Assembly: GCA_951804945.1 (NCBI GenBank)
Contig: OX638153.1
Coordinates: 82,522,001 to 82,586,000, forward strand
Reading direction: 5' to 3'
DNA: 64,000 bases
Source of the DNA: Podarcis cretensis
Taxonomy: Eukaryota
Position 1 is the first letter of the stretch. Each line of letters begins with the position of its first letter. Below the pieces are notes generated by a model that worked only from the letters and a program-made list of their open reading frames with translations, did no database searches and had not been told where the DNA came from. A program made the position numbers and the translations under genes. Of this stretch, positions 11,901-24,313 are shown in pieces.

Positions 11901-11998
11901 CAGGTAGGTAGCCGTGTTGGTCTGACGCAGTCGAAATAGTAATAATAGCACCTTAGAGACCAAGTAAGTTTGTTCTGGGTATAAGCTTTCATGTGCAT
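11901..11998 (-). mobile_element. Diverged, truncated Penelope-like fragment
   Basis: GGTAGCCGTGTTGGTCTG...AGCACCTTAGAGACCAA...GTATAAGCTTTC, homologous to 51818-51930. Confidence 0.7.
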
Positions 11999-12011
11999 TT
12001 CGTGGCATTTG

Positions 12012-12308
12012 AAGAGGTCAGCAGTTTGAATCCCCATGACGGGGTGAGCTCCCATTGTTCGGTCCCTGCTCCTGCCAACTTAGCAGTTCGAAAGCTTGTC
12101 AAAGTGCAAGTAGATAAATAGGTACTGCTCTGGTGGGAAGGTAAATGGAATTTCCGTGCACTGCTCTAGTTTCACCAAAAGCGGCTTAGTCATGCTGGCC
12201 ACATGACCCGGAAAACCTGTTTGCAGACAAACGTCAGCTCCCTCGGCCAGTAAAGCGAGATGAGCTCCATAACCCCAGAGTTGTTCGCGACTGGAGTCCT
12301 TTACCTTT
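12012..12308 (+). mobile_element. Sauria SINE, 5'-truncated
   Basis: Body matches the other copies; CCTTTACCTTT tail. Confidence 0.85.
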
Positions 12309-12330
12309 TTAAAGGTGCTACTAGACATAC

Positions 12331-12361
<31 letters not shown>

Positions 12362-13421
12362 TTAACAACAACAAAGAAACAGGGAATACAAGAGGAAAGC
12401 TGTTCTAGGAGGAAGAAGTTAAGTGAATGTAAAAGAACCAGGAAGTAGGGATGAAAGAAATGAGCAGCTGGGGGTAGTGATAGGGTGGAGGTTGAATATG
12501 AAAGGAGAATGAATCAAGAAATGAAAGGAGACAGGTCAAGGAGCACGTGGGAATGGGAATAAGAAAACGTAGGAAAGAGACATTTGCTATTTAGTGCAGG
12601 GGTCACGAACCTAGTGCCCATGAAGACCTTCACTGGCACCCCTGAGGCCCAGACTTTGAGTTTCATTCATTTAAAAATTAAGTCTCTAGCTCTCCAATAA
12701 AGAAAGTTATGAACAAAATGTGTATGGCCTTTTAAATATGGGGGTGTGGAGGGGAATGTTATTATGATTATTTTATCATCGTGCTGTCTATTATTGTGTT
12801 CTGTATGATGTTTGTTATTATGCTCTGTGAATTATGTTCTTAATGTTGTACACCAGCCTCAGATCTTTGGATATAGGGTGGTATATAAACAACAAAAACA
12901 ACAATAAATGTTCATTTCTACAAATGAATTATCTTACTCTGACCTGTATCTTATTGCTTTAAAAAACAAAGCACAAGCACAGTTATTTTAAAAAACCCAA
13001 ATATATCAAACATCTGGCCAAACTGGCAAAATATTTTTTCTGACTTTTAAAACTGAAACCTGTATTTCATTAATTAGATGTGCGTAATTTCTAAACTCCC
13101 ATTAGCTAACTGCTGAAACAGCTATATTAATCTCAATGATCACTGAATTAAGATTTCTCTCAGTTTCAATCAACACTGGCTGATTTCTAACTGATAACAT
13201 GCTGGGATACTTGGAACTCGAAACTGGGAACATAGCCAAGCTACAAAGCAGAAAGTTATTCATGCAACCTCTCTTTCAACAATCTGAGCTCACAGAGGTT
13301 TTCAGCAACATTACACCTGCCTCTCCAACCTAAATTACAGAGGATGATTTCCAGTGTTGGTCTGCTCTGATAATGACTATTGATATTACCCCAAAATATT
13401 AAATGATACTACATACATTAC

Positions 13422-13484
13422 CTTATGAGTAAGGGGCTTCCCATCACCTAAGGGCTTTCCAGCTAAAGGCTCAAACAGGTAAAT

Positions 13485-13486
<2 letters not shown>
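13422..13486 (-). CDS. IFT80: IFT80 coding exon c12 (VIYLFEPLAGKPLGDGKPLTHK)
   Basis: Manual translation; AAG acceptor after a (TC)n tract; GTAATG donor; 65 nt. Confidence 0.95.

Positions 13487-13489
<3 letters not shown>

Positions 13490-13535
<46 letters not shown>
13490..13535. repeat. (GA)23 microsatellite forming the polypyrimidine tract of exon c12
   Basis: Direct reading. Confidence 0.95.
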
Positions 13536-13537
<2 letters not shown>

Positions 13538-15304
13538 TTATCAATAAATAATTTGACTGTTATACTCTATTTATTTTTAAGTGTTTTTGTAATGAGGGTA
13601 GAAGGATGGCATGGGAACATGGTATGTTTTATTCTTCATTTACTATAGTTCAAATTTTGTGCCATGCATCTCTTAGCTGGTCCTTTGTTTTTCAGGGTAC
13701 ACAATAGTTTACAACCTTTACTTCATTTACCTTTTCCATAACCTTGATAACATAAGACTGAAAAAAAATCATGGTAGAGCTGGGGTGTGAGCCAGGGTTT
13801 CATATGCAAAGGCCACTCTGAATCCCAGTTCTCGTGATTTCTGACCATTTTAACAATATAACCACAAAGCAAAGAATAGCTGCTTGATTACTGCAAATGG
13901 AAAATCTATACTGTACACTCTTATGACGACTGTAAGGAGGAAAACCCCCAGGAACTTTTCATCGGAATGCTTTGAATTGTTATTATTGTTAGTAATTTGC
14001 TTGAGAGCTTGATTTGTGCTAGAAACCTGAAAGACTTATAACTGAAATTTAACAACTGGACAAAGTTGTGTCCTTTTGCAAGCTGCTAACTCCTTGGGCC
14101 AAAATAGGAAGTTTTGTAAACAAAAACCTGCACATGACAGAAAAATTAAAATGTGATTATTTTTATCCCTGCTCACTACATTTTGTCATAAAATGATTAA
14201 ATCTTTCAATTAGACTTACAGGAATATAACATGAAATATTGAAAAATAAAGGATATTAACAATACAATGCAGGATCTACAGTTTGTATGGTAAAGTGCTA
14301 CTGTTAAAAAAGGCTGTTCTCCAACTGGAGCACTTGCAGACCAGTGTTTCCCAATTGCTGGTGACATAGGCAATTTCTAAAACCTAACAGAGGGGTTTAA
14401 TTTCACTTTTTAAAAAAGCACTAAACAATATTTATATACTCTGCTGGGAATCGGCTATTGTGAGTGTGACATGGGAGTTGATAGGTCATGTGCTTTGCCT
14501 TTTCTTAACTATCCCTTTTCCACCTTTATCCACTTCAGTAATTATTGAATCCAAAAGATGACAATATTTTGTGTTTTCCATCTATTTTCTGGTCTTCCTC
14601 TTCCTTTTTTGAGAAATTATGGGGTTTGTAATACATACACTTCATATATAAAAAAGAACATCATGATAGTTAGTAAAACTTTTGGTTTTGATAAAAACAC
14701 AAACAGTGTCTATGACAAGGGAAACCTTACATCAAAAAGAGCACAGCACTGTCTCAAGTCACAAGTTATTTTCCTGTGTTTACACAGCTGGCTCAAACTA
14801 GCACTGGATGTAACCCTTCTTTTTCCTTTTCATATGCAACCATCAACATCAGAACAGCACCTGTTCTCATAACATCGTTTTTTCCTGCCAATATAACCAG
14901 TGACCGCAAACCAATATCCTGTATCCTTCTAAAAGAAACTCATGACACTATGCTAAAATGCAAATGGAAGAGTCTTTTAAAGTTAAACGTGCATGCCACA
15001 TGGAATATAGATGACATATTATCAGCTGGATTTGGCTTGTGATGTCAATGCTTAAAATCTGTTTGGAATTAATCACTCCCTTCCTTGCATTTGCTGAATT
15101 ATTCAACATTTATTTCAGATTGTACATGTGCTAGTTTTTCTAACGTTCCTGTCTTGAGAACAGTAAACATGGGATTAATCCTTGTATAAAATGTGACTTT
15201 GTATAAAGTAAATTAATATATTAACTCACAAATCTCATGCTTGTCTACTCAGAAGTAAGTGCCACTGAGTTCAATAGGATTTACTCCCCTGTAATGGTGT
15301 ACAT

Positions 15305-15678
15305 CGTGGGACGCAGGTGGCGCTGTGGGTTAAAGCCGCAGCGCCTAGGACTTGCCGATCGAAAGGTCGGCGGTTCGAATCCCTGCGGCGGGGTGCGCTC
15401 CCGCTGCTCGGTCCCAGCGCCTGCCAACCTAGCAGTTCGAAAGCACCTCCGGGTGCAAGTAGATAAATAGGGACCGCTTACCAGCGGGAAGGTAAACGGC
15501 GTTTCCGTGTGCGGCTCTGGCTCTGGCTCTGGCCAGAGCAGCGATGTCACGCTGGCCACGTGACCCGGAAGTGTCTCCGGACAGCGCTGGCCCCTGGCCT
15601 CTTAAGTGAGATGGGCGCACAACCCCAGAGTCTGTCAAGACTGGCCCGTACGGGCAGGGGTACCTTTACCTTTACCTT
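15305..15678 (+). mobile_element. Full-length young Sauria SINE
   Basis: tRNA-like head with B-box GGTTCGAATCC; (ACCTTT)n tail; TSD TAATGGTGTACAT (15292-15304 and 15679-15691); CpG-rich. Confidence 0.9.
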
Positions 15679-15754
15679 TAATGGTGTACATAGGATAAAA
15701 CTCTGTTTTATGAAGCTAGCTATGTGCACCTACTTAACCTTTTCATCTTTTTTA

Positions 15755-15990
15755 CCAAAGATGTTGTGGACTTTGAAGGCACTCGAACTCAGGACGAAAG
15801 GGATAAACAAGCTAAAAGGAAGGCACATTTGGCAAACCCTCAACTACTGCCCAGAAACCTATGTCCCCACTGTGGAACAGCGTATGGATCCAGAATTGGC
15901 CTCCAGAGTCACCTATGGACACACCACTAAGACCGTGTTCATGGAAGACAATCTTACTCAGCTATAAGTGATCACCAAAGAAGAAGAATG
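15755..15990 (+). mobile_element. RTE-clade LINE 3' end
   Basis: CPHCGTAYGSRIGLQSHLWTH zinc-finger-like C-terminus; (GAA)n tail. Confidence 0.65.
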
Positions 15991-16724
15991 TCAACTACAG
16001 GCTATTTTGTACAGAGGTTACAGATGGAAACAAGCCCTAAGACATCCAGTTTTCCTGGATAAACTTCTTTAGATGTAGCACAAGGAAATGCCTCTTCAGA
16101 GAAAAAGAATTTCACCCTTCAACATCAGTGGGCAAGTGGAGGTCCTTAGAAAACAAGGGGCAATGAAATACGCAACCTCTTGCAAGGGAAATTATGTATT
16201 CTGATGTCTTACTTTTGGAAGGAAAGTGGAATACACCTAATATTTTACTGAGATGATTTAATAACTTCTGGGATTTTGATTAAATCTACGTGTGCTAACA
16301 AATAGCAAATTATTTCCCACCAATTCTGGGATTTTCTTGACTAGTTACTGAAACATATTTCCTCTCTGGTGTCATTTATTCCTGCTATCTCTCCTGGAGA
16401 ACTATTGACTGTTTACTTGACAAACCTCAACAAGCCAAAGATAAGCATAAATCCAGAACTATCAATAAGCCTGCAAAAAAGAAACGCACACAAAAAGAAA
16501 CTATTGTTGCTGCACACATAACAGAAATACATTGGCTATAACCAAATTTATGTAAGTAAAAGTTTGCTTATACCATGGAGTTCTCCCCTCCCTTATCCCC
16601 ACTTTAGCCCCTCAAAAGCCTCTACTAAAAGTCAAGAGATCCTCAGGAAAGGCCTCGGATATAGCACAGGGGGATAAGGAGGAAGATGAAATCTCCATGT
16701 GATTTTCAGTTATGCTTCCCTCAA

Positions 16725-16917
16725 TGGAGGGTTGGCTAAAGACATTTTAGCACCCGAGGCGAACCCCCAAATAACAGCCCCCTCCCCACCAAGGAATAAG
16801 GGGTGAGGGAAGCAGGAACAAGGCATGAAGAAAGATCAACAGTGGGATCCACTGCCCCTGTGGATCCTGCAGCCTGAGGTAGTCACCTCACCTTTCCTCA
16901 TGGGTGGGTCAGCACTG
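16725..16917. mobile_element. Old non-autonomous DNA-type repeat (second copy at about 20388-20622)
   Basis: Both loci share AGACATTTT.GCA...CTGAGGT.GTC..CTCA...CATGGGTGGG. Confidence 0.45.
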
Positions 16918-16961
16918 CTTCATTAAGAATAAATGAGGAAAAGTTACTCTAATTTCAAATA

Positions 16962-17191
16962 CAGTCATACCTCGAGTTACAGACGCTTCAGGTTGCATGT
17001 TTTCGGGTTGTGCACCGCGCCGAACCTGGAAGTACCGGAACAGGTTACTTCCAGGTTTTAGCGCTCGTGCATGCGCACAAGTGTTGAATCGCAACCCGTG
17101 CATGCACAGACGCGGTGCTACAGGTTGCGAACGCTGTGGGTTGCGAATGTGCCTCCCTCACAGATCACATTTGCAACCCGAGCGTCTACTG
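16962..17191. mobile_element. Tc1/mariner MITE, family B
   Basis: TA-CAGTCATACCTCGAGTTA...AACCCGAGCGTCTACTG-TA; inverted homolog at 61232-61459. Confidence 0.8.
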
Positions 17192-17723
17192 TACATGTTT
17201 GCTTGTTTATCTAATAAATTTATATACCGCTTTCCAAGAAGACCTCACTATTGTAACAATAAGCATCATTTTCAAACAGGATACATTGACATGGAGCAAG
17301 GACAATTTTGAACTGCAACCAAGGAAAGACGGGTTGACCCTTCTTATCTGTGATATGCCACTCCCTATTGAAATTAGGCTTGGAAAATGACTTATTTTGG
17401 CTACAGCAGAAGAATTCTTTCAAATCTAATGGGGGGCATTTGTGAGGTGGAGTAATCAGTTGAGGAGGGAAGAGTTAAGCTGTGAACTATTGAACCCTCA
17501 CTCCATTTCACATTTAGGTTTGAAAGAAACCTTCTATATGCTGCAATAGATTCTTTGAAGCCTAACTTAAGTAGGAGAGAGAGGATGCTGAAGACATCAA
17601 GAAAAGGCTTGGCAGGTGCAAGTGCACCCAAAAGTGATATATTGACAACCCTATATTTACTTCTATTTGCTCAGAAGAAACGTTTTATGCAAAAATAACA
17701 ATTTTAATGTCTGTACAACATAC

Positions 17724-17887
17724 CTTTTTCATCAGATTTATCTCTTATTGCTAGGGTATCATTACTCAAAGAAATGGTCTGAACATTTAGTATATCTGTT
17801 CTCATTCCTGGAACCTTCGGAGAGGAAATTAAACGTCCTTCATAAGAATATAAATATAGCCCTCCACCATCTACAAGAAGAAAATGC
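17724..17887 (-). CDS. IFT80: IFT80 coding exon c11 ([19 protein letters not shown]...IRDKSDEK)
   Basis: Manual translation; TAG acceptor, GTATGT donor; 164 nt. Confidence 0.96.
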
Positions 17888-18062
17888 CTATAAATAAGAA
17901 GCAGAGGAGAAAATACTGATTAACTATTTTCACACAATACCATTAACGTAATTGTCTATATACTGTATTATTATTTCTTGCATAATTTAAAAATGCATTG
18001 ATTCAAGTAAGTATTTTCAAATAATATATCAATGCACAGGCATTTGTAATCAAATGTATTTC

Positions 18063-18107
<45 letters not shown>

Positions 18108-19240
18108 TTATTTATACTCTGCCCATCTGGCTGAGTTTCCCCAGCCACTCTGGGCGGCTCCCAATCAAATATTAAAAACAATACAGCGTTAAATATTAAA
18201 AACTTCCCTGAACAGGGCTGCCTTCAGATGTCTTTTAAAGATAGGATAGCTACTTATTTCCTTCACATCTGAAGGGAGGGTGTTCCACAGGGTGGGCGCC
18301 ACTACCGAGAAGGCCCTCTGTCTGGTTCCCTGTAACCTTACTTCTTGCAATGAGGGAACCGCCAGAAGGCCCTCAGCGCTGGATCTCAGTGTCCGGGCTG
18401 AACGATGGGGTTGGAGACGCTCCTTTAGGTATACAGGACCGAGGCTGTTTAGGGCTTTAAAGGTCAGCACCAACACTTTGAATTGTGCTCGGAAACATAC
18501 TGGGAGCCAATGCAGATATCTCAGAAACGGTGTTATGTGGTCCCGGCGGCCACTCCCAGTCACCAGTCTAGCTGCCGCATTCTGGATTAATTGCAGTTTC
18601 CGGGTTACCTTCAAAGGTAGCCCCACGTACAGCGCATTGCAGTAGTCCAAGCGGGAGATAACTAGAGCATGCACCACTCTGGTGAGACTGTCCGCGGGCA
18701 GATAGGGTCTTAGCCTGCGTACCAGGTGGAGCTGGTAGACAGCTGCCTTGGACACAGAATTAACCTGCACCTCCATGGACAGCTGTGAGTCCAAAATGAC
18801 TCCCAGGCTGCGCACCTGGTCCTTCAGGGGCACAGTTACCCCATTCAGGACCAGGGAATCCCCCACACCCACTCGCCCCCTGCCCCCCCAAAACAGTACT
18901 TCTGTCTTGTCAGGATTCAACCTCAATCTGTTAGCCGCCATCCGCCTCCAGGCACTCACACAGGACCTTCACCGCCTTCACTGGTTCTGATTTAAAGGAG
19001 AGGTAGAGCTGGGTGTCATCTGCATACTGATGAACACCCAGCCCAAATCCCCTGATGATCTCTCCCAGCGGCTTCATATAGATATTAAAAAGCATGGGGG
19101 AGAGGACGGAACCCTGAGGCACCCCACACGTGAGAGCCCAGGGGTCTGAACACTCATCCCCCACCACCACTTTCTGAACATGGCCCAGGAGAAAGGAGCG
19201 GAACCACCGTATAACAGTGCCCCCAGCTCCCAGCCCCTCT
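18063..19240 (-). mobile_element. L2 LINE, 5'-truncated, about 1.2 kb with RT remnants
   Basis: GVPQGSVLSPMLF and YADDTQLY RT motifs (18931..19170); 256-aa C-terminal ORF; one frameshift between them; (TTA)n tail. Confidence 0.92.
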
Positions 19241-19684
19241 AGACTTTAAAGTTCTCTAATTTCTCCTCTGCTTAGGACATCTAATATTACATCAATCTGA
19301 TACTGAAATGACTTGGCACGCATTCATGGTAATATTTGCATAATGATACATACACTTTATTTGGAAAGTGAGGGTTTTTTGGCTAACTGGTTTAAAAGGC
19401 AAGTGTTAATGATAGAAATTCAAAACCTACAAACACTTACTTGGAGGGGAAATTATTATCAAGTCCAAAGCAAGTTTAACCACACAGAGGTACTACTGTA
19501 CACAGATTCACTCACAGAGTCAAGATTGCTGAGTGTCACATTCATGAGCATATAACAGGGCAAGCAGAGCATATAGCTCTAGATTATTCAAACAAGGTCA
19601 AGAGTCAGATCTAGCTGGGAAACTGCTTCCCAAACAGTATCATCAAAGTCAACACATATATTTCTTCCAAATATGATCCCACTA

Positions 19685-20037
19685 GTAAAGGTAAAGGGAC
19701 CCCTGACCATTAGGTCCAGTCTTGGCCGACTCGGGGGTTGCAGCGCTCATCTTGCTTTATTGGCTGAGGGAGCTGGTGTACAGCTTCCGGGTCATGTGGC
19801 CAGCATGACTAAGCTGCTTCTGGTGAACCAGAGCAGCGCACAGAAACGCTGTTTACCTTCCTGCCGGAGCGGTACCTATTTATCTACTTGCACTTTTGAC
19901 GTGCTTTCGAACTGCTAGGTTGGCAGGAGCTGGGACCGAGCAACAGGAGCTCACCCCGTCGTGGGGATTCAAACCGCCGACTTCTGGTCAGCAAGTCCTA
20001 GGCTCTGTGGTTTAACCCACAGCACCACCTGCATCCC
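19685..20037 (-). mobile_element. Full-length Sauria SINE
   Basis: TSD TATGATCCCACTA (19672-19684 and 20038-20050). Confidence 0.9.
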
Positions 20038-20101
20038 TATGATCCCACTATCTCACCCTATTCAAGTAAACATTGTTTTAAGTCATGCAATCAGCAAGTT
20101 A

Positions 20102-20260
<159 letters not shown>

Positions 20261-21044
20261 TCACAGATATATCAGCTTGAAAACATTGTGGTAAGATTTC
20301 AAAAGAATCATAGGACAGATAAGTATTTATCATTCCGTTTATATAACAAGAACCTATTTCACATTTTTCCAATATGATTTTAAACTAGGGCCAGACTAAG
20401 ACATTTTGGCAACTGAGGAGAACCACGAAATGGAGCCTCCCTAGCCACCAGGGAAGAATGATAAGAATAATTTTAATAATAACTTTATTATTTATACCCT
20501 GCCCATCTGGCTGGGTTTCGGAGGAGGGGTGAGTGAAGATCTACACCAGGAGCAAGGGAGATAAAAAGATCTATATTGTCTGAGGTGGTCGTCTCATCTT
20601 GCCCCATGGGTGGGACAGCCTTGTTTTAAACATTAGTTACAGCTTTTATGCACCAGTACAATGTACATGGACATCAGCTTAATGCCCACTAGAGCTTTGC
20701 CATATTCCCTTGAAACAGAACTTCGAACTGTACCCCTAAACTTTGTTAGAGGACTTCAAACTTTAAAAAGTAATTTAGAAAGTTGGCACGAGTAGTGATT
20801 AAAAGGTTACAGACCAAAATAGTGCACAGTTGAACTGGGAAACAGGATGCCAATAAGCAGTAACATGTGGCTTCACTGGGAAGGTCTCACTCATGGGAAA
20901 ATGAACATAGCTAATTCCATTCACAGTTATGAGAAGTTTATGTCATTTAGCTTAGGATGCTTCCCAAATCGAATCATGTAGCTGTGAAAAATTCAAGGTT
21001 TTTAATTGATCAGATGGCTGTATCTCATTAATTCAGGCTGCTTA

Positions 21045-21164
<120 letters not shown>

Positions 21165-22140
21165 CTAGTGGGAACAGAAGCCAATGGTTAAATAAAATTT
21201 AAATAATTTTGAAAGCAAAAGCAAAGAAGTAGCCTTATTCTTAGCTCTAAGAACAGTACAGAATGTCAGGAAATGAAGATTAATAATGAATATTTAAGTG
21301 TTTATATTTCTCAAATTCAAGCTTTAAAACTCCCATTTTTGTATTTATTTTAAAGAATCTAGGGCCCATAATTTAGAAACTATTGAGCTGAAGATTGTTA
21401 ATGTATTGAGTGAGACCTAGCAACATGCAGTGTGCTCCTATGTATCTTTATTCAGATCAGTAGTGTAGGGCTGCAGCCTTCTTTGAGGTCAAAGACTGAA
21501 CACATGACTCCTAATAAATAAGACTCATTTTCCTTGGCCATGGGGTAGTACTAATAGTGCTTTCCCAGATTATTGCAGCAACAGACTTGGGACATAAAGA
21601 GAAAGGCATCCTGTGCCTAAGTTGTTCAGGGCTTTGTTCATTACATACTGGTATCATTAGATACTGGTATCTGAAAAGGCTTCACAGAAAGCTGACATTT
21701 GGAAAGTGAAAGTTGTTAAAAGGGAATAGCTCCTCCCATCCTGAACATGGAAATACAATGATAATTCACAATTAATGTCACTTAACTATTTATAAGCAGT
21801 AAACCAGGACAGGACCAGTGGAGATCTAGTCAGTTCTGGTTTCCAGAATCTTATAACAAAAGTGAACTAAAGCTTTTATATAAGATTGAGAATGATATGT
21901 TAATTGTGCATTTATTCTTATTTCTAAACAACATGGTAGAAGCTGGGCTGGAAACTTTTCTTGAGACAACCCCAAAACAAGAATTTAAATTATGTGCAAG
22001 TCATTTGCATACACTGCTAGCGAAGACTCCTTTGTATACCTTTCCCACGAAGCTGTACAAGCTAAATATAACTAAAGCTTCAGGGATTACTAGACAGAGT
22101 CATTCATTACGATTCGCTGTCTGGGAATGAATACCAAAAA

Positions 22141-22500
22141 TATGATTTTTACCTGCCAATTTGTCTTCCATATTCCCAGACACTGACTCATAACATCCCA
22201 CCCAGTGGACAGATGGGTAATATAGAATTTCTGTTGTTGCAAGTTTTCCCAATTATATATTCAGCATCAAAGACAACTTCACTTCAGGCCAAAAGATATT
22301 TAGGTGCCTAATTATAGATTTGGGAGCCTAACACTGGGCACCCAGGGCTGAAAAGCTTGGCCTGAACTCTAATACTGAATGTGTAATTGAGAAAACTTGT
22401 AACAACAGAAATTGTATATTATCTCCCTGTCCTCTGGGTGGGATGTTATGAGTCAGTGTCTGGTCAGCGAGGACAGAACATTTAGCAGGTAAAAAATTAA
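22141..22500. repeat. About 360-bp fold-back inverted repeat with DIRS-like terminal motifs
   Basis: 22176-22212 vs 22427-22463 are 36/37 complementary; arms extend about 100 bp; outer TTTTTACCTGC / GCAGGTAAAAA. Confidence 0.8.
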
Positions 22501-23442
22501 TGCATTTGCTTTCAGATACTTAGACTCACATTTTAAATTTAGGACCATGTGTCTTTAAAAGAACCTACATTCACAATTCTTTTAGGCTTCACTTACAATA
22601 AGGTAACCATAAAATAGAAAGTTGCCTGAAAATCTTTAATTGGGTCTAATAAAAGGCTCTTTAAAATATTCTGTAAGCAAGCAGATTTTAGGTATGAAAA
22701 GCTTATGGTTTCTCTAGGCTGGACAACTAGTAGTAAAAATAAGTCATAGTAGATGTTTTACCTAGCTGAAAACTATTTTAACCTGGGGCTGAAATATTCT
22801 GGGCAAAGTTTCATCAAGAAGCACTATTAGGTTGGGGGGGGTGAGTGCTTGGCTAATGTACTGATTTTGTGATCAAAGAAAGCAGACACATTTAGCGCTA
22901 TCCCTGCTCTTAGCAGAAAAAACCTGCACTATAGTAAAAAAAAAAACAAAAAACCAACAATGCTGCAGCTGCTATAATGGTAAACCACAGCTGTGTACAT
23001 GTACAGGTTTTTTCCAAAACCAGTAAACCAAGGCTATCTGTGCATGGACTATTATGCTATTGCTTCTGCAGCTGTGACTTTGTTGCCAGCTGCAAAATAA
23101 TTTCTAGCATAAATGTGTGTTTTTTTAATTCTGAATTTCCATCCACTGCAGTAACCAGAGGTATACTCTACAGTCAATTTACTCCAGAGTAGCCTTCCTA
23201 ACATCAACAAGCTCACATTGGATTGTGAGAATTGACCTCAGTTCATAAACATATTGGTCAACATGCTATTATCACCAGGAGCATCCTGAAAGCTGCTCAA
23301 TCCAGCTGTCTGATGAACAGATCTCCCGGGGATAGTTAGCTGGCCATAGAGACGAATGTCACTCATTCACTCATTTCTGCCAACATTTTGTGCTCACCAC
23401 ATTTGTGAGCCACTCACAAAGCTTGAAACATCCAACACATAC

Positions 23443-23622
23443 CTCCATTGTTCTTCTTTTAGTTAATGTTATTCCAAAGTTTTTCCACACCCAGCGCTGT
23501 TCCACAACATGAGCAAAAATCACGTGTCCATTTCCACAAGCCCCCGCTATTTGCGTGCCATCAGTAGACCAAGCAATATTAAATATGCTGCCGGTGTTTG
23601 GTTTCTCTAAGGCATAGGACCA
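23443..23622 (-). CDS. IFT80: IFT80 coding exon c8 ([14 protein letters not shown]...TKRRTME)
   Basis: Within ORF 23371..23736; CAG acceptor, GTATGT donor; 180 nt. Confidence 0.96.
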
Positions 23623-24313
23623 CTGCAAATAAAAAAAAAAGTGCATACTTCCACTTGTAATTACTTCTACAGTACACAATGCATATATTACAACAAAGCA
23701 GTAATAATGCTCTGTGTATGTGTGCGCATACAACATCTTTGTCTATCACTCTTAAATTATTTGTCTTTGGACAGTGATAGGATTACTTAGTTTTCTGTTC
23801 AGCATCCAGAACAGTGAGGACACTAAATAAATGTTAAATGGTTTCTGAAGCAAAGGCATGAACCTAATTAGCTAACAGTAAGGCAATGCTATTCCAGCTT
23901 TTTATTAGATGAACTGAGTGCAAAATAAAAGGAAAAAAGTTGGTATGTCTGGGATAATTTCACATAAAAGTCTAAATCGCTAAACAACAGTGAACACTTG
24001 TTATGTGGAGCAGACGATTTTTGTGAAACAGTTTTAATAGGTATCTGTGGGTGGGGAAGTATAGAGGGGAAGAGGTCTCTTTGTGGTTCCCTTGCAGGTG
24101 CCTCCGTCTAGAGAATGCTAAAAAACAACTAAAACAGCACATATACAGACACAAAATGGGACAGAGGTTGATTCAAACTTCATAAATCTTATTTGAACAA
24201 AGGGCAGAGAAAGTAACACTTTATCTATTGTAGATGTTTTGTTGTTGTTGTTGAAAGCTCCTCCTTCCAAAGTCAAAGGAGCAGCTGTATTAAGTCTTGC
24301 AGCAAAGATATAT

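Noticed and set aside
15308-15400. tRNA-like A/B-box sequences (also about 26160-26230, 27071-27150, 30680-30735)
   Set aside because: They are SINE heads attached to SINE bodies and tails, not tRNA genes
18189-19170. Longest ORFs (256 aa and 79 aa) as a host gene or active reverse transcriptase
   Set aside because: 5'-truncated, frameshifted L2 ORF2 remnant with a LINE tail
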